A stretch of DNA of 63,337 nucleotides, filler included, from Craspedostauros australis (taxonomy: Eukaryota): NCBI GenBank assembly GCA_030167865.1. It is 13 parts of 13 records of this genome, joined end to end, with 100 filler letters (N's around TTAATTAATTAA, not from the genome) between each part and the next. Parts side by side here need not be neighbours in the genome. Positions count along the whole stretch, not along the records: positions 1 to 1,478 come from JALAGF010000046.1; positions 1,579 to 2,934 come from JALAGF010000047.1; positions 3,035 to 4,283 come from JALAGF010000048.1; positions 4,384 to 24,747 come from JALAGF010000050.1; 9 more parts are not named here. One strand, written 5' to 3'. Made by a program: the position numbers and the translations under genes. The number at the start of each line of letters is the position of its first letter. The first letter of the stretch is position 1. Of the stretch, positions 1 through 13,148 are shown piece after piece. Under the pieces are notes generated by a model. That model did not search any database and was not told the origin of the DNA. It saw nothing but the letters and a program-made list of their open reading frames with translations.

Positions 1-304
1 GTCTCAGGGGTTCCTTTCCGTGCGCCTGACTTGCTTTCTCGACGTCATGGGATCTGGGGTAATCATATTCTACCTTGCTATTTCGATGTCTGGTACCTGC
101 ATCCACCAACATGCTTGCCGTGCTTCTCATCATGCATCAGCTTTTCGGCGCTGTCTCCTTCACAATCCCGGCACCGGATTCTGGTGCTTTTGGTGCGCCT
201 TTTCACAAATACTTGGCGACAACAGTGCATCCTCTCTCTCCTCCTGATGGCACATGAGTTCCTTGCAAATCTAATCTTATGACAGTTCCATTATTCCTGG
301 ATCC

Positions 305-1478
305 TTACATACAATTATCATTTCTTGATCGCATCCGTTTCCTCGTACGCTGCCTGGCTGCCGCGAGTTCCTTCTTTATTGTGCGCGATAGTCTGTTTGG
401 ACTTCCATCTCTTGCATTGGCACCTCCGCTTGGACTTGGTGTCGAATTCTTGGCAGCAACATGGACGGAGGCAGAGGCTTCTCTTCTTGTATCCACCAAA
501 ATCACATCTTCATCACATGATCCATACTCGATTCGTCTTCCTCCTGGAGTTCCTTTCGATGTGGCAGGATGATTGTTGCCATTTCCAAAGTCACGATCGA
601 TGCTAACAGACAATGTCGAAGAAGAGGCATCGCACGTCGTCTGACCCAAAGTTGCTGGGACGCCCCTTCTTTCTCCTCTTCGTCTCTTCCGAAGTCTTGA
701 ACCAGATCGTTGCACCACAGTTGCTCCAACATGTACATCTCCGCTTGCTGAATTGGTCGATACTGACTGGCAATCGAAGTCTCCTTCCAGTGCATTCCGT
801 CTGTGTCCATCTCTGACCAACGCGTGTCGAAGCGATGTGTCTATCATGGATGGTGGTACATTGTTTGTTTTCTGTGCCATGGTTGTTTCGCTTCTGCGGA
901 GGTCAGTGCCCAGTTCTTCCACAGCGTCCGCAGCGGCCACGAAGGGGGCCTCGCTCCTTGCCCCTGGCTCGTACACGTCCTGATCTCCCCTCCCCATGAT
1001 CTGCATGGTTGCATCTGGCGCCATGACACCCCTGCTTCCATCTGGTCCATCGGTACAATCTGAGATGTTCGCACCAGTATTGTTCAGTCCATGGGCAGGA
1101 ACAGCAGAGGCCTGGGCAAGCAATGCATCTTCGGCATCAGCTTCTGCAGTTGCAGCAATTTCCGTGGCAAGTCTTGCTCTTTCTTGGGCGATCCTTGCGG
1201 TAGCACGCTTTGCCCGGGCATCTGCCTTCTTCTGTCGGACCTCCTCATTTGTGCTGCGCTTGGTGTAGTCCAGGTTGGTTTCAGAACACCATAATGTTGG
1301 GTTGCGGTGGAGAAGATGATGGCATGTGTTCTCGACCACCGCTGCCACCTTCTTCACAGGGAAATTGCACAGTGCCAGGGTAGGTGGTATCCCCTGTGTC
1401 TCCATCCACGCCCTCTTTTCCTCATTTGACTGTGCACACACAAACATATGGCATCCCGCGCACACCCAGGGAGTCACG
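305..1478 (-). CDS. 5'-truncated ORF; possible C-terminal Cys-rich domain of a piggyBac-like transposase followed by a long low-complexity tail
   Basis: Open from the contig edge. It begins TPWVCAGCHMFVC...TCHHLLH, resembling the T-x-aromatic-x-C-xx-C-xxxx-C...C-xxxx-H end of piggyBac transposases. The remaining ~330 aa are disordered and basic. Confidence 0.3.
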
Positions 1479-3034
1479 NNNNNNNNNNNNNNNNNNNNNN
1501 NNNNNNNNNNNNNNNNNNNNNNTTAATTAATTAANNNNNNNNNNNNNNNNNNNNNNNNNNNNNNNNNNNNNNNNNNNNAGTTACCAGGATGTGTAGCTTC
1601 TGTAGAGTCTATATCTGTAGCGAACATTGGGATATATACCATGGAAAGACATGAAATAGACACAAACAAAAAAGCTGTAGTTTCCAACGATAACACTAGT
1701 TGTAAGGGGTACAGACTTAGTTTTCACGTAGGCCCTGGTAGGGCAAATGCGTTCAAAAAACAACTAGTGTCATTATATCGCCCATAATATAGGCTTTAAG
1801 CTTGGGTCGTTAAGGGATAGTATGCGACTGAGTCTTTCCCACTGAGCATTTTGGTCCAATTCCTTGATGATGTTCATGTTGCGACAGTCGCGAAATGCTT
1901 TTTGGCTTTCACCGATTCGTGGATGAAGCGGGCCAGGCACGCGCGTGGCATCGCGCATCTCCGTTGACTGGTTGGATTGTACTATTGGAGGGGTTCGAGT
2001 GGCTATTTTTTGGCGTGGCCGGCGGCTTCAGCCAATCAAATGGATTACATTTTATCACTGGCACGAGCAAGCCATCCCATTGAAGGGTGAATTGAGGGGA
2101 GTTTGGGTCATTTCTCCCAAGCTTTGTTGCGCTTTGAGTTCTCATTTGAAACCGTGTGGCGCAGATGATCTGTTCCGTGTCGGATCGATTCTCGTTGTGA
2201 ACGCTGACAGAGGTGGTGGGATTGCGAGGTTGGTTTCGCGCGAGGAATTGTGGAACTTAGTTAGGATTCGGGCGTAGTTGGCGCGAATCGGTGGAGGATG
2301 CCTTGTGAATCTGCCGGCTTCGAGATAGCCGTGTAATGCAGTTCAAGAGAGGTGTATTGATTGAAGAGTTGTTACTGTAACAATGAGTAGAAGAGTGCTT
2401 TGTAGCTAATCCTTGTCTGTTTGTTATGAGTTAGCTTGTAGTGTTAGTAGGGTGAAGAAACAATGCCACACAACTTGGTGAGACTCTGCACTGATGTACT
2501 TGGTTCAGTGCTTGAGGGTAGACAATCATTACAGTTCCTTGCTCTCCTCACACGTAGATACACTGCAGTGTAGGTCATGACATCTGATGGTGACGGTCAT
2601 GAAGCAGTGGCTGTGGCTGGAGCTGACCCTCGGATTCCATTGCTCGAGTTGAAGCAAGTTGGATACACACGTTGAGACTATGGCAGTGATGCAGTAGTCG
2701 TCAGCATGAAGGGAATCGAGGTATGTTGTAGTAAGAGGATCTGAGGAGCATATAGTTCCCAAGGTGAGATGTGAGTCAGGTCGGTCATGCTTGAGTCATG
2801 ACGGATTCGTGAATGGAGGAGAGAAGGGAGGAGAAAAGATTTGGTGGTCGATCAAGTCGGAAGATTTCGCGCCAAAACAAGAATTTCTCCCATCGGGTTG
2901 ATACCGTGTCCGGTAATAGTCTGTCCCTTATTGANNNNNNNNNNNNNNNNNNNNNNNNNNNNNNNNNNNNNNNNNNNNTTAATTAATTAANNNNNNNNNN
3001 NNNNNNNNNNNNNNNNNNNNNNNNNNNNNNNNNN

Positions 3035-4283
3035 CACAAAGTGAGGGTGATAGCACCAGATGAAACATCCAACACGGCGGCACCAGAAGACAAGGACCCC
3101 ACTAACAAGGAACCTTGGTTCGCGTGAAAGCTTCCTCTGTGCAGATGATGGCAACCCCAAAAAGGAAGTTCAATGAACGATTCGACCTCCGGCTGACCAT
3201 TCCAAAGAACTCATCCACGCCAATCCGAGACTTCCAATCCAGGTTTGAACTCTGGTTCGACCACACTCTGACCATCGAACCAAAGCTGGTCATATACCCA
3301 TGGTACAAGAGACACAAGTCCGCAGGCACTATCTCAGACAGCGAGCCAATTCCCACGAACTGGGACGAACTCAAGAAGTTTGTGTGCCGAGCGAAACCCA
3401 ACCCAAAAGAGACAGACGTCTACATGCAACTGAAACTGGGTGGCAGTCAGAACCTGAATGCACTCACCAGTCGACGAGCGGAGATGGAGGGAGGATACGC
3501 AACTGGGGAATACGCGTACATCAGAGGCCTGAAGGATGCAGAGAACATCACCGACGTGGGCTTTCTAGCATACTCGGGAAACTTCACCAACGCAAAGCAG
3601 ACCATCGGGGTGATCAACAAACTCCTGGAGAAAATCCAGCCCAAGCTGAAGGTAGGAGGAAGGACCAAATTCCTAGGACAGGTATCAGACGAAGCAAGAG
3701 ATGAACACAAAAAGAACGGAGGCACATGGATAAACACTCCATGGGTGGCCTTACATCTCCATGCGAATACCACGCATGCCCGGAAAGTGGCGAAAGCTCT
3801 GGGCAAGGTGTTCAACACGAAAGGAGCCGACCGAGGGGGGCTGAACTACAGGTTCGTACCGAACCCAGGAACAGCTACCATTGGCGCCGACACCGCGACG
3901 AAGCTCAGAAAGATGACACGAAAGCACCAACGCTATGTCAAGCAGCTCAAACGGTTCCGACTGGACGGCGATGTAATGCTGGACACCAAAGATGGGCGCA
4001 CAGGGACAACCACCCTGCGAGAGTTCCTCAGCCAACAACAAACGCCAGAAGGAAATCCGTTCATCCATGATGTCAGCACCACGCACATGATCGACGGAGA
4101 CGAAGACGCACTCAGCATAGTCGCATTCGACGACCGCTACGATCAAGCCAAAAACGTCCTCAACTCCATCGCCATCCGATGCAGAACGGAGATCAACGAA
4201 TCCACAGACGATTGGTTCGACGACAACATCCTAGAGATGAGTGCGGGGTACGCCAAGGACGCCACAGGAAAAGGATACGAAGA
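3035..4283 (+). CDS. Uncharacterised long ORF, 3'-truncated; possibly ORF1 of a diatom non-LTR retrotransposon
   Basis: About 390 open codons running to the contig end, with A-rich TE-like composition and no introns. No catalytic motif recognised. Confidence 0.35.
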
Positions 4284-4383
4284 NNNNNNNNNNNNNNNNN
4301 NNNNNNNNNNNNNNNNNNNNNNNNNNNTTAATTAATTAANNNNNNNNNNNNNNNNNNNNNNNNNNNNNNNNNNNNNNNNNNNN

Positions 4384-6484
4384 CGCCATGTTGGTCACGA
4401 ATCCCAAGCCAACCACGTTGACATTGCCAGGAGTGGCGACGGCGGCGACCAACGGACTTGTCTTGTTTGTTCTGCGGCGGTTTCTCCTTCGTCGTCGTCG
4501 TCGTCCGGCGGACTGCTCCCCGCCGTCCTCGTTTGCTTCCCTGATGATGGCGCCCCAATCACGAGCCTCCAGATCAGTCTTCAGCTTTTCATTTCGGCCG
4601 CACACGACGCAGATTGTGGCATCGACACCGCGGTTGACCAGGTCGATGTACATTTGGTCGACAATCTCCGACAATCCTCCAACCCCTTCTCCGCCGCCCA
4701 TGATGAGGACCATCTTCTTGGATGGGTCATAGACGTCATCGCCAAGCACCTGCTGGCGGATCTGATGCTGATACTGTTTGCCGGTTTCGGAGGTGCGGTC
4801 GCCGAGCTTGTCGGCCTGTACGGCAAAGTCATGACGGATGGGTAGTCCTGTGAGGACGATGTTCTCGTCGGGCGTCCTGCCTTGCTTCCTGGCGGTGACG
4901 CGGAGACGTTCGGATGCGACGTAGAGTTTATCAACGTGCTTCGAGAACCACATCCTGTGAGCGGATCCGAGATCCGTAACGACAGTGAAGACTGGGATGT
5001 GCTTGCCTTGGTTCTTGGAGATGCGGATGGTCTCCTTGAGGGGCGTGAAGTTCATGGCTGGATGAACGGAGATGACGACGTCCGGCTGGAGAGATTCGAG
5101 GCGGCGTCGGATTTTGCCTCCGCACATTTTCTGCGAGTGGAATTCTGAGGAGACGCGGTTGAGGCGGGTGTTGGAGAGGTGGTAGAAGATCCTCCACTGC
5201 CATGGTTTGGACGACATTCTCTTGTAGCTGTTTTTGATGGTGCGGTATGGCAGAACGCCATGATCAGTCCAAACGTCGACCAATTCGTAGGTGCTGCCGG
5301 GGTACTTGATGAGGAATTGCTTCGCCAACGCCTCGGCAGATGCGCGGTGTCCGCCGCCGGTGTCGGATGAAAGGAACACGATCTTGAGTGGCTTGTAATC
5401 CTGTTTTGGTTGGACAGTTAGTTGGTTGGTTGGTCGGTCGGTCAATCAGTGAGTGAGTTTGCCAATCATTCCATTCCGTTGCGATGGGTATAGGTGCAGT
5501 GTGCAGGCAATTGCAAGTGTTCATTTTGGATGTTCCGGCAGATGCAGATATCAACATTGCGTTGCGTTGCGTCATGGTCGTCGTAGAATTTGTTGTGGAG
5601 GTAGTGTCCATGTACGTGTACGTGTACGAGTAGGAATCGTAATGTATCGAGTCGCATCGTGGAGCATGGTATTTCATGTGTGTCGATGCGGAGATGTTCA
5701 TTTTGGTTTTCGAATCCGTGTTCGAGTGCGTGGTTGTTGACAGATTCATTGATTCGTCACGAAGGTTGATGCGGCGTGTGCATCAATGACGTTGATCACA
5801 GGTGTCAGGCGATGAGATTGGTGCCAAGCGAATAATGAGATCGGATTCGCAGATGGTATCGTGGCGACGACCGTCGCGAGATTCGTCGGAGGTCAATCCG
5901 ATTCAGTTGGCATCATCAGCATCAACAAGTCCATCGTACGAGTGGGTGACGAAGAAGAGAAGAGTGAAGCGAGCCAGCAAGGATGGTGAGAAATTCTGCT
6001 GATTGCATGCACACTTGAGAAATCGGCATGGTGGGTGCAGCGACGCAAATGCAAACATGATCAACCGAAATCGAAAGTAAGCGAATGTGCACACAGCGCA
6101 CGGACTCCATGCTGCTGCTGCTGCTGTACTCACCGTCTCAGGACCTTCTCCAGCACCGGTAGAAGACGCCAACGAAGCTCCATTGATAGCAGAGCCGTCA
6201 GTTTCCGAAGATGCGACGGACGCATCAACGCCGACTTCGCCTGTGGCTGCCGCCAATGGCTTGCTGCGAGTGGAGCCTCCGCGTGGGAAACCGCCCGTCA
6301 GGCAAGAACTCGCGGTCCATGGAACGACTGTTTGTTGCTGTTCCTGTTGCAAATGGAACTGCGACAGATGACGCTGCTGCAGGAGATTCGTGGCACCTCT
6401 TTCATTGGCGGCGAAGGCGCAGCTCGTCTTGGAGCCGACCACCAGCAGCAGGTAACTCGTGAGAAGGGATGATCTCAACTGCAT
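4384..6484 (-). CDS. MGD: Monogalactosyldiacylglycerol synthase (GT28), plastid-targeted, 3'-truncated; exons 6484-6134 and 5400-4384, intron 5401-6133
   Basis: Motifs SDTGGGHRASA, PDVVISVHP, TVVTDLGSAH, GLPIR, MGGGEGVG, VVCGRN and GFVTNMA. Signal peptide ends SCA-F. A phase-0 GTGAGT...AACAG intron joins GPET to DYKPLKIV. Confidence 0.92.
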
Positions 6485-7820
6485 CTTGGATTGCAGATGT
6501 CTCCTTTAGTGTTGTTGGGTATTGTAGTTGGGTGTTGTAGTTGCTGAAGCTGCTGGTCCTACACTTCTGCGTACTTCTATTGCTCTGCAAGGGTGATGTC
6601 CGATGAGGCAATTGGTGTCTATGGGTACTGCTGTTGCATCCGCTTCGGTTGGCCCTGGCTGATGACTGTTGCTGTTGTTGTTCTTTTTTGTTGCTGTGGA
6701 GTTGCAGTGTCGTTGCAGTTGTGTTGCGTTCTGCTTGTGTGTTTGACGCCAACAGCAGAAGAAGAAGAATGGAACGGCGGTCGTTTTCGTCCTTGGTTGT
6801 GGTCTCTCTCGGTGGCTCCTTGGAAGCAATCAAACAAGGACCGATCACGTGGGCTAACGAATGGGTGGTTGAGTTTTGTGGGAATGCTGCCACAGCGCCA
6901 TACACGCTGCCTTTCGTTGGTTGGTGTCAACTCAACTCGTATCGGGGCATGTTTGTGCGTGTGTGCGTGTGTGTGTGACGATTTCTTCCACACTTCAACA
7001 CGACCGAATCCGTGACATGGCACGTCAAGAAGAGAGAGGTGGACAAAACGGAGAAAATCAACTTCTGTTGGCCGAAAAGCACTCGTGTTTCACGAGTCAG
7101 TCCTTGTTGAAGATCGAAGATGTCGACAGGTCAGACCCAAACCGACATCCATGGAATAGTACGATTCAAATAAAGGGGCAAAAACAGCATCAGAAATATT
7201 TGGGGTTTTAGGAAGTGGCGGTAAAATATAAATAATTTCATAAATATGCGCTTCTTTTCCGAACCAGGCAGAAGGTGTGACCAACTGCCCCTCCAGAGTG
7301 AGCGGAGTCCATAGTCATTTAACATTATCTGACAAGCTATCTTTGCTTCTATGGTTGGAGATGCTGGACTGAGCACTCCACTCCACTCCACTTCACTTCG
7401 CTCTGCTGTGACTTGCTCTTCACTCCTCTGGAATACCCTGCTCCATTTGGATTACTCATGTGAGTGAAACTGATTCTGACATTGCTGACAATAATCATCT
7501 GACTTTGGTGCTTCGTGTTTGTCGTCGTACTTGGACAGGAACCATGCTCACTCGGTCTTCAGACCAGCGACGTCGTTGCATGGCAGATAAGCGGTTCGGG
7601 AGAAGTGTTCATCGTAGCACTGGCAGGAGTATGCTCCTACTGTGCCTTTGCATGTGGGCGATGGTAGGTAAAAGAGACTGGTGTATACGAAGTTAAGTAG
7701 TTGTAGCATGCTGTATGCGAGTAGTTTGTTATGCTACCAGGATTCTACTAATTGTCCAACAGCAGGAGTGTGTGGTGTGGTGTGGTGTCGCGGTGGAAGG
7801 GGAAACGTTGGACCTTCTGT

Positions 7821-9289
7821 TTAGAGGTTCTGCTTTGGCAGACCATCAATGGCTGGGCCGGCCTTCTTCATGCCCCATCCCATGATGCCTCCGTACTGTC
7901 CTTCCTCGACAACTTTTGGGACTGGCCAGATGGTTCCGCTCTTGCCCATGTTGAATCCGCCCATTGGCTGCTTGTCGGTGGAGAGCTGGTCGGCGTAGAA
8001 AATACCTCCGGATCCTACGAGGCGTGGGTATCCGTACTTCTCGAGCCACTTGGCGCGGATCTCGGCTCCTGGTCCGTTGAGGACTCCCTTGGTGGAGGTG
8101 CGGGCCTTGGCGATGGCCTTGAGCTTCTCCTGCTGGCGAGCCTCGTTGTTGGAGGTGGCGGTGAAGCCGATGGCCTCCCAGATGCTGGCCACCTTGGGTG
8201 GGCCGAGGTAGGTCTCACCGATGAGTGGGAGATTGACGGTGAAGCCTGGGAGGTCGTAGAGACGCCCGACCTCGTCGGCCTCCTTCTCGGTTCTGTTGAG
8301 ACGGTAACGGAGTCCGTCCTTGTTCAAACGCTTCTCGAGGCCGACCTCGGAGATGCACTCCTGGCCACCCCAGAGATCCTCGAAGCCGATTCCAGTTCCC
8401 TTGAACAAGCCGAAGTCTGTGAATCATCATCCCCCCAATCAAATTCAATCATGCACCAAGGAAGTCAGCCGGACAACGAACGAGACGGTGCATTAGTGGA
8501 TGTACCGTGCCATTCCCATGCGTCAGCGTCACCATATCATTGCACAGATAGGCGCATCATTGTTGTTGTTGTTATCACCAATCGACCGACACAATGGCCC
8601 ATTCGTTCGTTCGTTGGTGTTGATGCGCAATCCGTTCGTCAGATCCCCGCAAACGAAAGATTGGAACCAAGCACGTTGTTTTCGTTCGTCCGTACGTACG
8701 TACGTACGTCCATGAGTGACCATGCGATGGAATGGCATTGCAATGAGTGATGTTGTGTGTGATCGTTCGGATGGCATGAACCATGACCACAACAGATCGC
8801 ATAGTGATGTGCAAGGAGGGAGAGAGAGAGATGGTTGGTGTGTTCGTTGTTGTGAGGAGACTGATGGAAAGGGAATGACGGGGCACGGCTTTGTGAACAC
8901 CGGATCTCGAAGCCGATGTGCCGCGATCCAACCGGTTCAACTTGGTTGGCACCAAACGAAGTTGTTCGCAACAGAAGGAACGCCTCATCACGCTGCTTGG
9001 CTCTCACGACGCGCTTGACGTCCGCTTTATGGACGGTCTCCACATCATCCCCATGGAACGATGCTTTACCGCAATTGATTGGATTGAAATGGATCCAAAT
9101 GAGGTCGATTGAATTGCAGTGCCGAATGACGGACTCACCTTCCATCTTCATGGAGGCCTCGGTTCTGCGGGTCTCGACCGGAGCGCGGACGCTCTTCTGG
9201 CCCAGCGATCGCAGGCTGGAGCGGGTTGGCAGCTGGTAGGCCGAGGCGCCGGTGGCGGCAAGGAGGATAGCGACGGCGGAGAGCTTCAT
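7821..9289 (-). CDS. Plastid-targeted protein of unknown function, ~248 aa; exons 9289-9139 and 8416-7821, intron 8417-9138
   Basis: Signal peptide MKLSAVAILLAATGASA-Y followed by a Ser/Arg-rich transit peptide ending ASMKM. A phase-1 GTGAGT...CACAG intron restores MKME-DFGLFKGTG. Strong C/G-ending codon bias. Confidence 0.8.
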
Positions 9290-9906
9290 CTTGGTAGTTT
9301 CAGTGCAGCACTATTTGTATCCGTGGTATGATGAGAACGGGTGGGCAGCGTTTGGCTGTTTGCGGCCTTCACCGAACGCCACAGCAAACGACATCGCCAT
9401 CGTCACAACGCAACCTCGCTTGACAACGCAACAAAACACTTCGCGCACGAAAAGAGGGGTCCGTGAACATACTCCTGTCAGCACACCCACACGACGTCAC
9501 AGCCGCAGCAACCAACGGCAAAGCACAGAATCGTTTGGTGCATACGTCAGTTCGCATGATTCGCTCGATCGCAACAACAGAACAAGTCGTTGGAGTCGAC
9601 CAATACATAGTATCTCAATCCAATATAGAGGCATATCGGGCGATAGAAAGAAGCGACACAACCAACCACAGAGTGCTCTGGAGTGCATAGTCGTACATTT
9701 ACTTCGCTATCGAGCCTACCGAGCAGAAGCAAAGGATAGATGCATGCATACTGTGCGTACAAGAGGTTTAAGCAGATCATATAATACAATGGTAGAGTAG
9801 AATTGGAAGTCGAATAGTCGAATATTCGGTCGTCGTCTATTTCGATCTATGCACAACGTTTGTGTGCTGGGGGCACGCGTCTTCCCTTTTCGCCGTCTTC
9901 GTGGAG

Positions 9907-12900
9907 TCATTCGCATCCTTGTTGTTGCGACGCGTTGGCATTCGCCTTTGACTCCGTCCGTTGTTGCACCGGCCTCCGTCTTCGTGGCGGTGGCTGGTTC
10001 CTGCCTCGATTGCGCTGATTCTGTTTCTGCCTCTGATGCCTCATGTACGCATCGTACCTTTCTTTCCGCAACTCCAAGAAATCACGGAATTCTTCGCCGC
10101 CGTCACGATCGCGTGCGACGCGACCTGCAAATTCCACATCCCCGTGCCGGACCACGGTGTCGATGGGGATGAGATCGGTCAGATACCCGTGCGAACTGAG
10201 GTATTCGTACCGCGCCTTGATTACGCGCTCCAGCGGATACGAAAAATATCCTGGGAACCTCATGATCTGATCATCGGCGTAGACGCAAACTCGACGCAAG
10301 TATTCCCACTTTGGTTTCAGATCCTTCTCAACCGAGTATCCCAGGATGGGCGGCAGCCGGGCGATCACGCGTCCCACATCCGTGATCCCGATGCTCTCCA
10401 GGTACTGCACGACCGGGATCATGTCCTTCTCGATATCCATCGACAAGACCGCCGGAAAGGCACGGAACATCGATGCCAACGTCTCGTCATCGATGCCGTA
10501 CGATTTCAGATATGCGACGATGCTTCTCATATCCTCAATATCCTTGCCCAGCAACATGGGGTAGAGCTGCAGCACGCGCGGCAGGTCGCCCTCCATGATT
10601 CCCAACTCGTCCATCAGGAAGGAAGCCACCGGCAGGATCTCGCGGTGAGCATCCAGCAGAAGTACTGAGGGAAAGGCCGAAATGACCTTGCTCAGATCCT
10701 TCGTGCCGATCTCCGTCCGCAACGTCCAAGCCGTGGCGGTCATGTTGCGAAACACGCGGTTGGCATGCTCCCTCCATTCGTACGTTGCCGTCCTGGAGGC
10801 GTCCAGGGCGGCCATGGGCGAAGACCTTCCATTGTTCTGTTCCTGCTGCAGCGCGGCGTCCACCACGTTCGGCGAGACAGCCGCATTTTGGGTATTTTGC
10901 TCCAACGCCTTGATCCGAGGTATGGGCGCCACAGCATCCAGCAAGGCCTGGCTGTGACGGCGTCGAATCAAAGGCCCGATCTGCTTCGTCGGCATGCGCA
11001 CGGCGTCGCTGCTGAGGAAGGCCACCAACCGAAAGATCGCTGCCGGTGATCGCGACAGGAGCGCGGGCAGCGCAGCCTTGTCGCGTGCGATGGATTTTGC
11101 TGAGACACCGATCTTGGTCATCATTGCGACGACTTGCGCTGCCGACTTGGATCCCTTCATGGATAGCAGGCCAGGGCAGGAGCGCAGGATCTTCCTGGCG
11201 TCGTATTTGCGCAGCTTGAGCTCTTTCATGAGGAGGCCTCGGAGTGACCGTTGCAGAGTTTCCTCTAATGTTTCGCCGCTGTCGTCTCCGACCGTGACTG
11301 GTAGCTGCTGCTGCATTACTTCATCGACAAAATCTGCGTTGGCAGATTGTTGAGACGGCGTGTCTGCATGATCGCGCATGGCGAAGCTCCTTTTGGGCAT
11401 CATCATGGCCAGGCTAGGGCTGTGCGTGAGGATGGTGCCGATGTCCTTGCCAGTAAGTCCGTACTCGAGCATCACGTCGATGATGTCATCGAAAGTGTAA
11501 TCCGGATGCGGCGTATCGTCGACCTGAATGCTGTTGGTGTTGGCGCTGATGTTGCTGCCATCATTGGTTGATGGCATGGCGGCAGCAGCCTGTGCATTGC
11601 TGTCACTGCCGACGCCACCGTCGATGCTTCCATTGGTGTCGAAAGATGTTGGAAAGTTGCCAGTTTCAGTTTCTGCTCCATCGACAGGGGCATTTCGCGC
11701 CCGCAGCCACATGAGATCTCTCTTGCGCAGGAACTCGCGGACCCTTCTCCGCGCGGTGCGAGCCAGGAACAGTGACTGCACCCGCTCACCTGCCAGGTCG
11801 GCAGTCTTCTCATCAACATCCAACGACATGAGTTTCTGCGCTATTCTGTTGCGGTTGTACTGACCCATCCAGGGATCAAAGACATCTGGATTGGTTGGCG
11901 AACTGGTACTCCTCCCGCTGCCGCCGCTGCTGCTCGTGGTGACAGTGTCTGCTGCAGTTGCGGATGATGCTGTCTCATCCTCTGTCGGCGACTGCGCGGA
12001 TGCCAGTTGCGTCGCGATCGAGTTTTGCTCACCTGCGTCTGCAGCGCCACCTGATGATACTGCGCCGTCAACTGGGTTCGCTTCATTCACCATGTCGTCC
12101 ACTGCACCGTTGACTACCCTGGCGACTGCGCCATCGTAAGCGCCATTAACAGCACCCCTGCCGGCATCTATTGTTTCAGGAGCGCTCGATAACTGCTGCT
12201 GCCGTTGTTGCCGTTGCTGTATTTTGATGTCCGCAATCGTGTCTTCGTCCGCATTGCCGATGGCGTTCTCGTTCTGGGAGCGTTCAGCGCCGACGTCGGC
12301 CTGTTCTCCATTGGCAAACACGCCCGCGTCAGCCTTTTCAACGCCGCCGGTGTCCTCATCTGGTTGCGTGTTGTACGGATACGACGTGCTCCGCTCGATC
12401 TGTTGCAGGTCTTGCGCTTGCTCCGGCTGGCTCTGCTCGAACTGCTGCTTTTTCTGTTCCGAGATGAATCGCAGCAGCGCTGAATCGACGAGCGGCGCTC
12501 CCGCTACTCGCTTACGTTTTCTCTTGGACCGATCTGAGCCTGCTGTGCGGTGAATGACGAATAGCGTACAAATGCGCAAGCGATGCACGCCATGGTAACA
12601 CATGAAGAGAGAGAGAGAGAGAGGCATCAACAAAGACAACGTGAGTGGATGGGCTTGCTGTGCTCACACTGACGGTTGCACCCGATTCATGCTGGCGCAG
12701 TGAAAGTGCGACTTCAGATGGGGGCACTTGCGCTGCATGTCCTGCGCTGCGGTGATAACCACATCACGCAAGAGCGCTGGAAGTGGCCGATCCCAAACTT
12801 CAACAACAGCAGCGACAAGATGAGAACAGGAGAGAGGGCGATGTCAGCTTGCTCACCTTGCTGTGCCCTGGCGCTGGGTGGCGCGGCCATTTGCGAAGAG

Positions 12901-13148
12901 GCCAGCTGGTTGGTGTAGGGTCTGTTGGCACCGCGTGACGAGCCATCGCCGAGGAAGGATCCGTTCTTGCTGGACGGGCTCGCACTGCTCTTGCTGCCGC
13001 TGCCGTTGCTCCCGTTGTGGCTGCCGCCGCTCGGCTTATTGGAATCGGGTGATGAAAATCCATTTGCCGGTGTGACCATGAACGGGCTTGTCGCTATGGA
13101 TGCCACAAGCACAACTACCAACAACGAAGCATGGAACCTCATGTACAT
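9907..13148 (-). CDS. mTERF-family protein, probably plastid-targeted; exons 13148-12857 and ~12542-9907
   Basis: C-terminal mTERF repeats (KVISAFPSVLLLD, RVLQLYPMLLG, FRAFPAVLSMDIEKDMIPVVQYL, RLPPILGYSVEKDLKPKWEYL, FPGYFSYPLERVIKARY). Signal peptide ends ANG-F. Phase-1 intron 12543-12856 with a NAGNAG acceptor. Confidence 0.85.
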
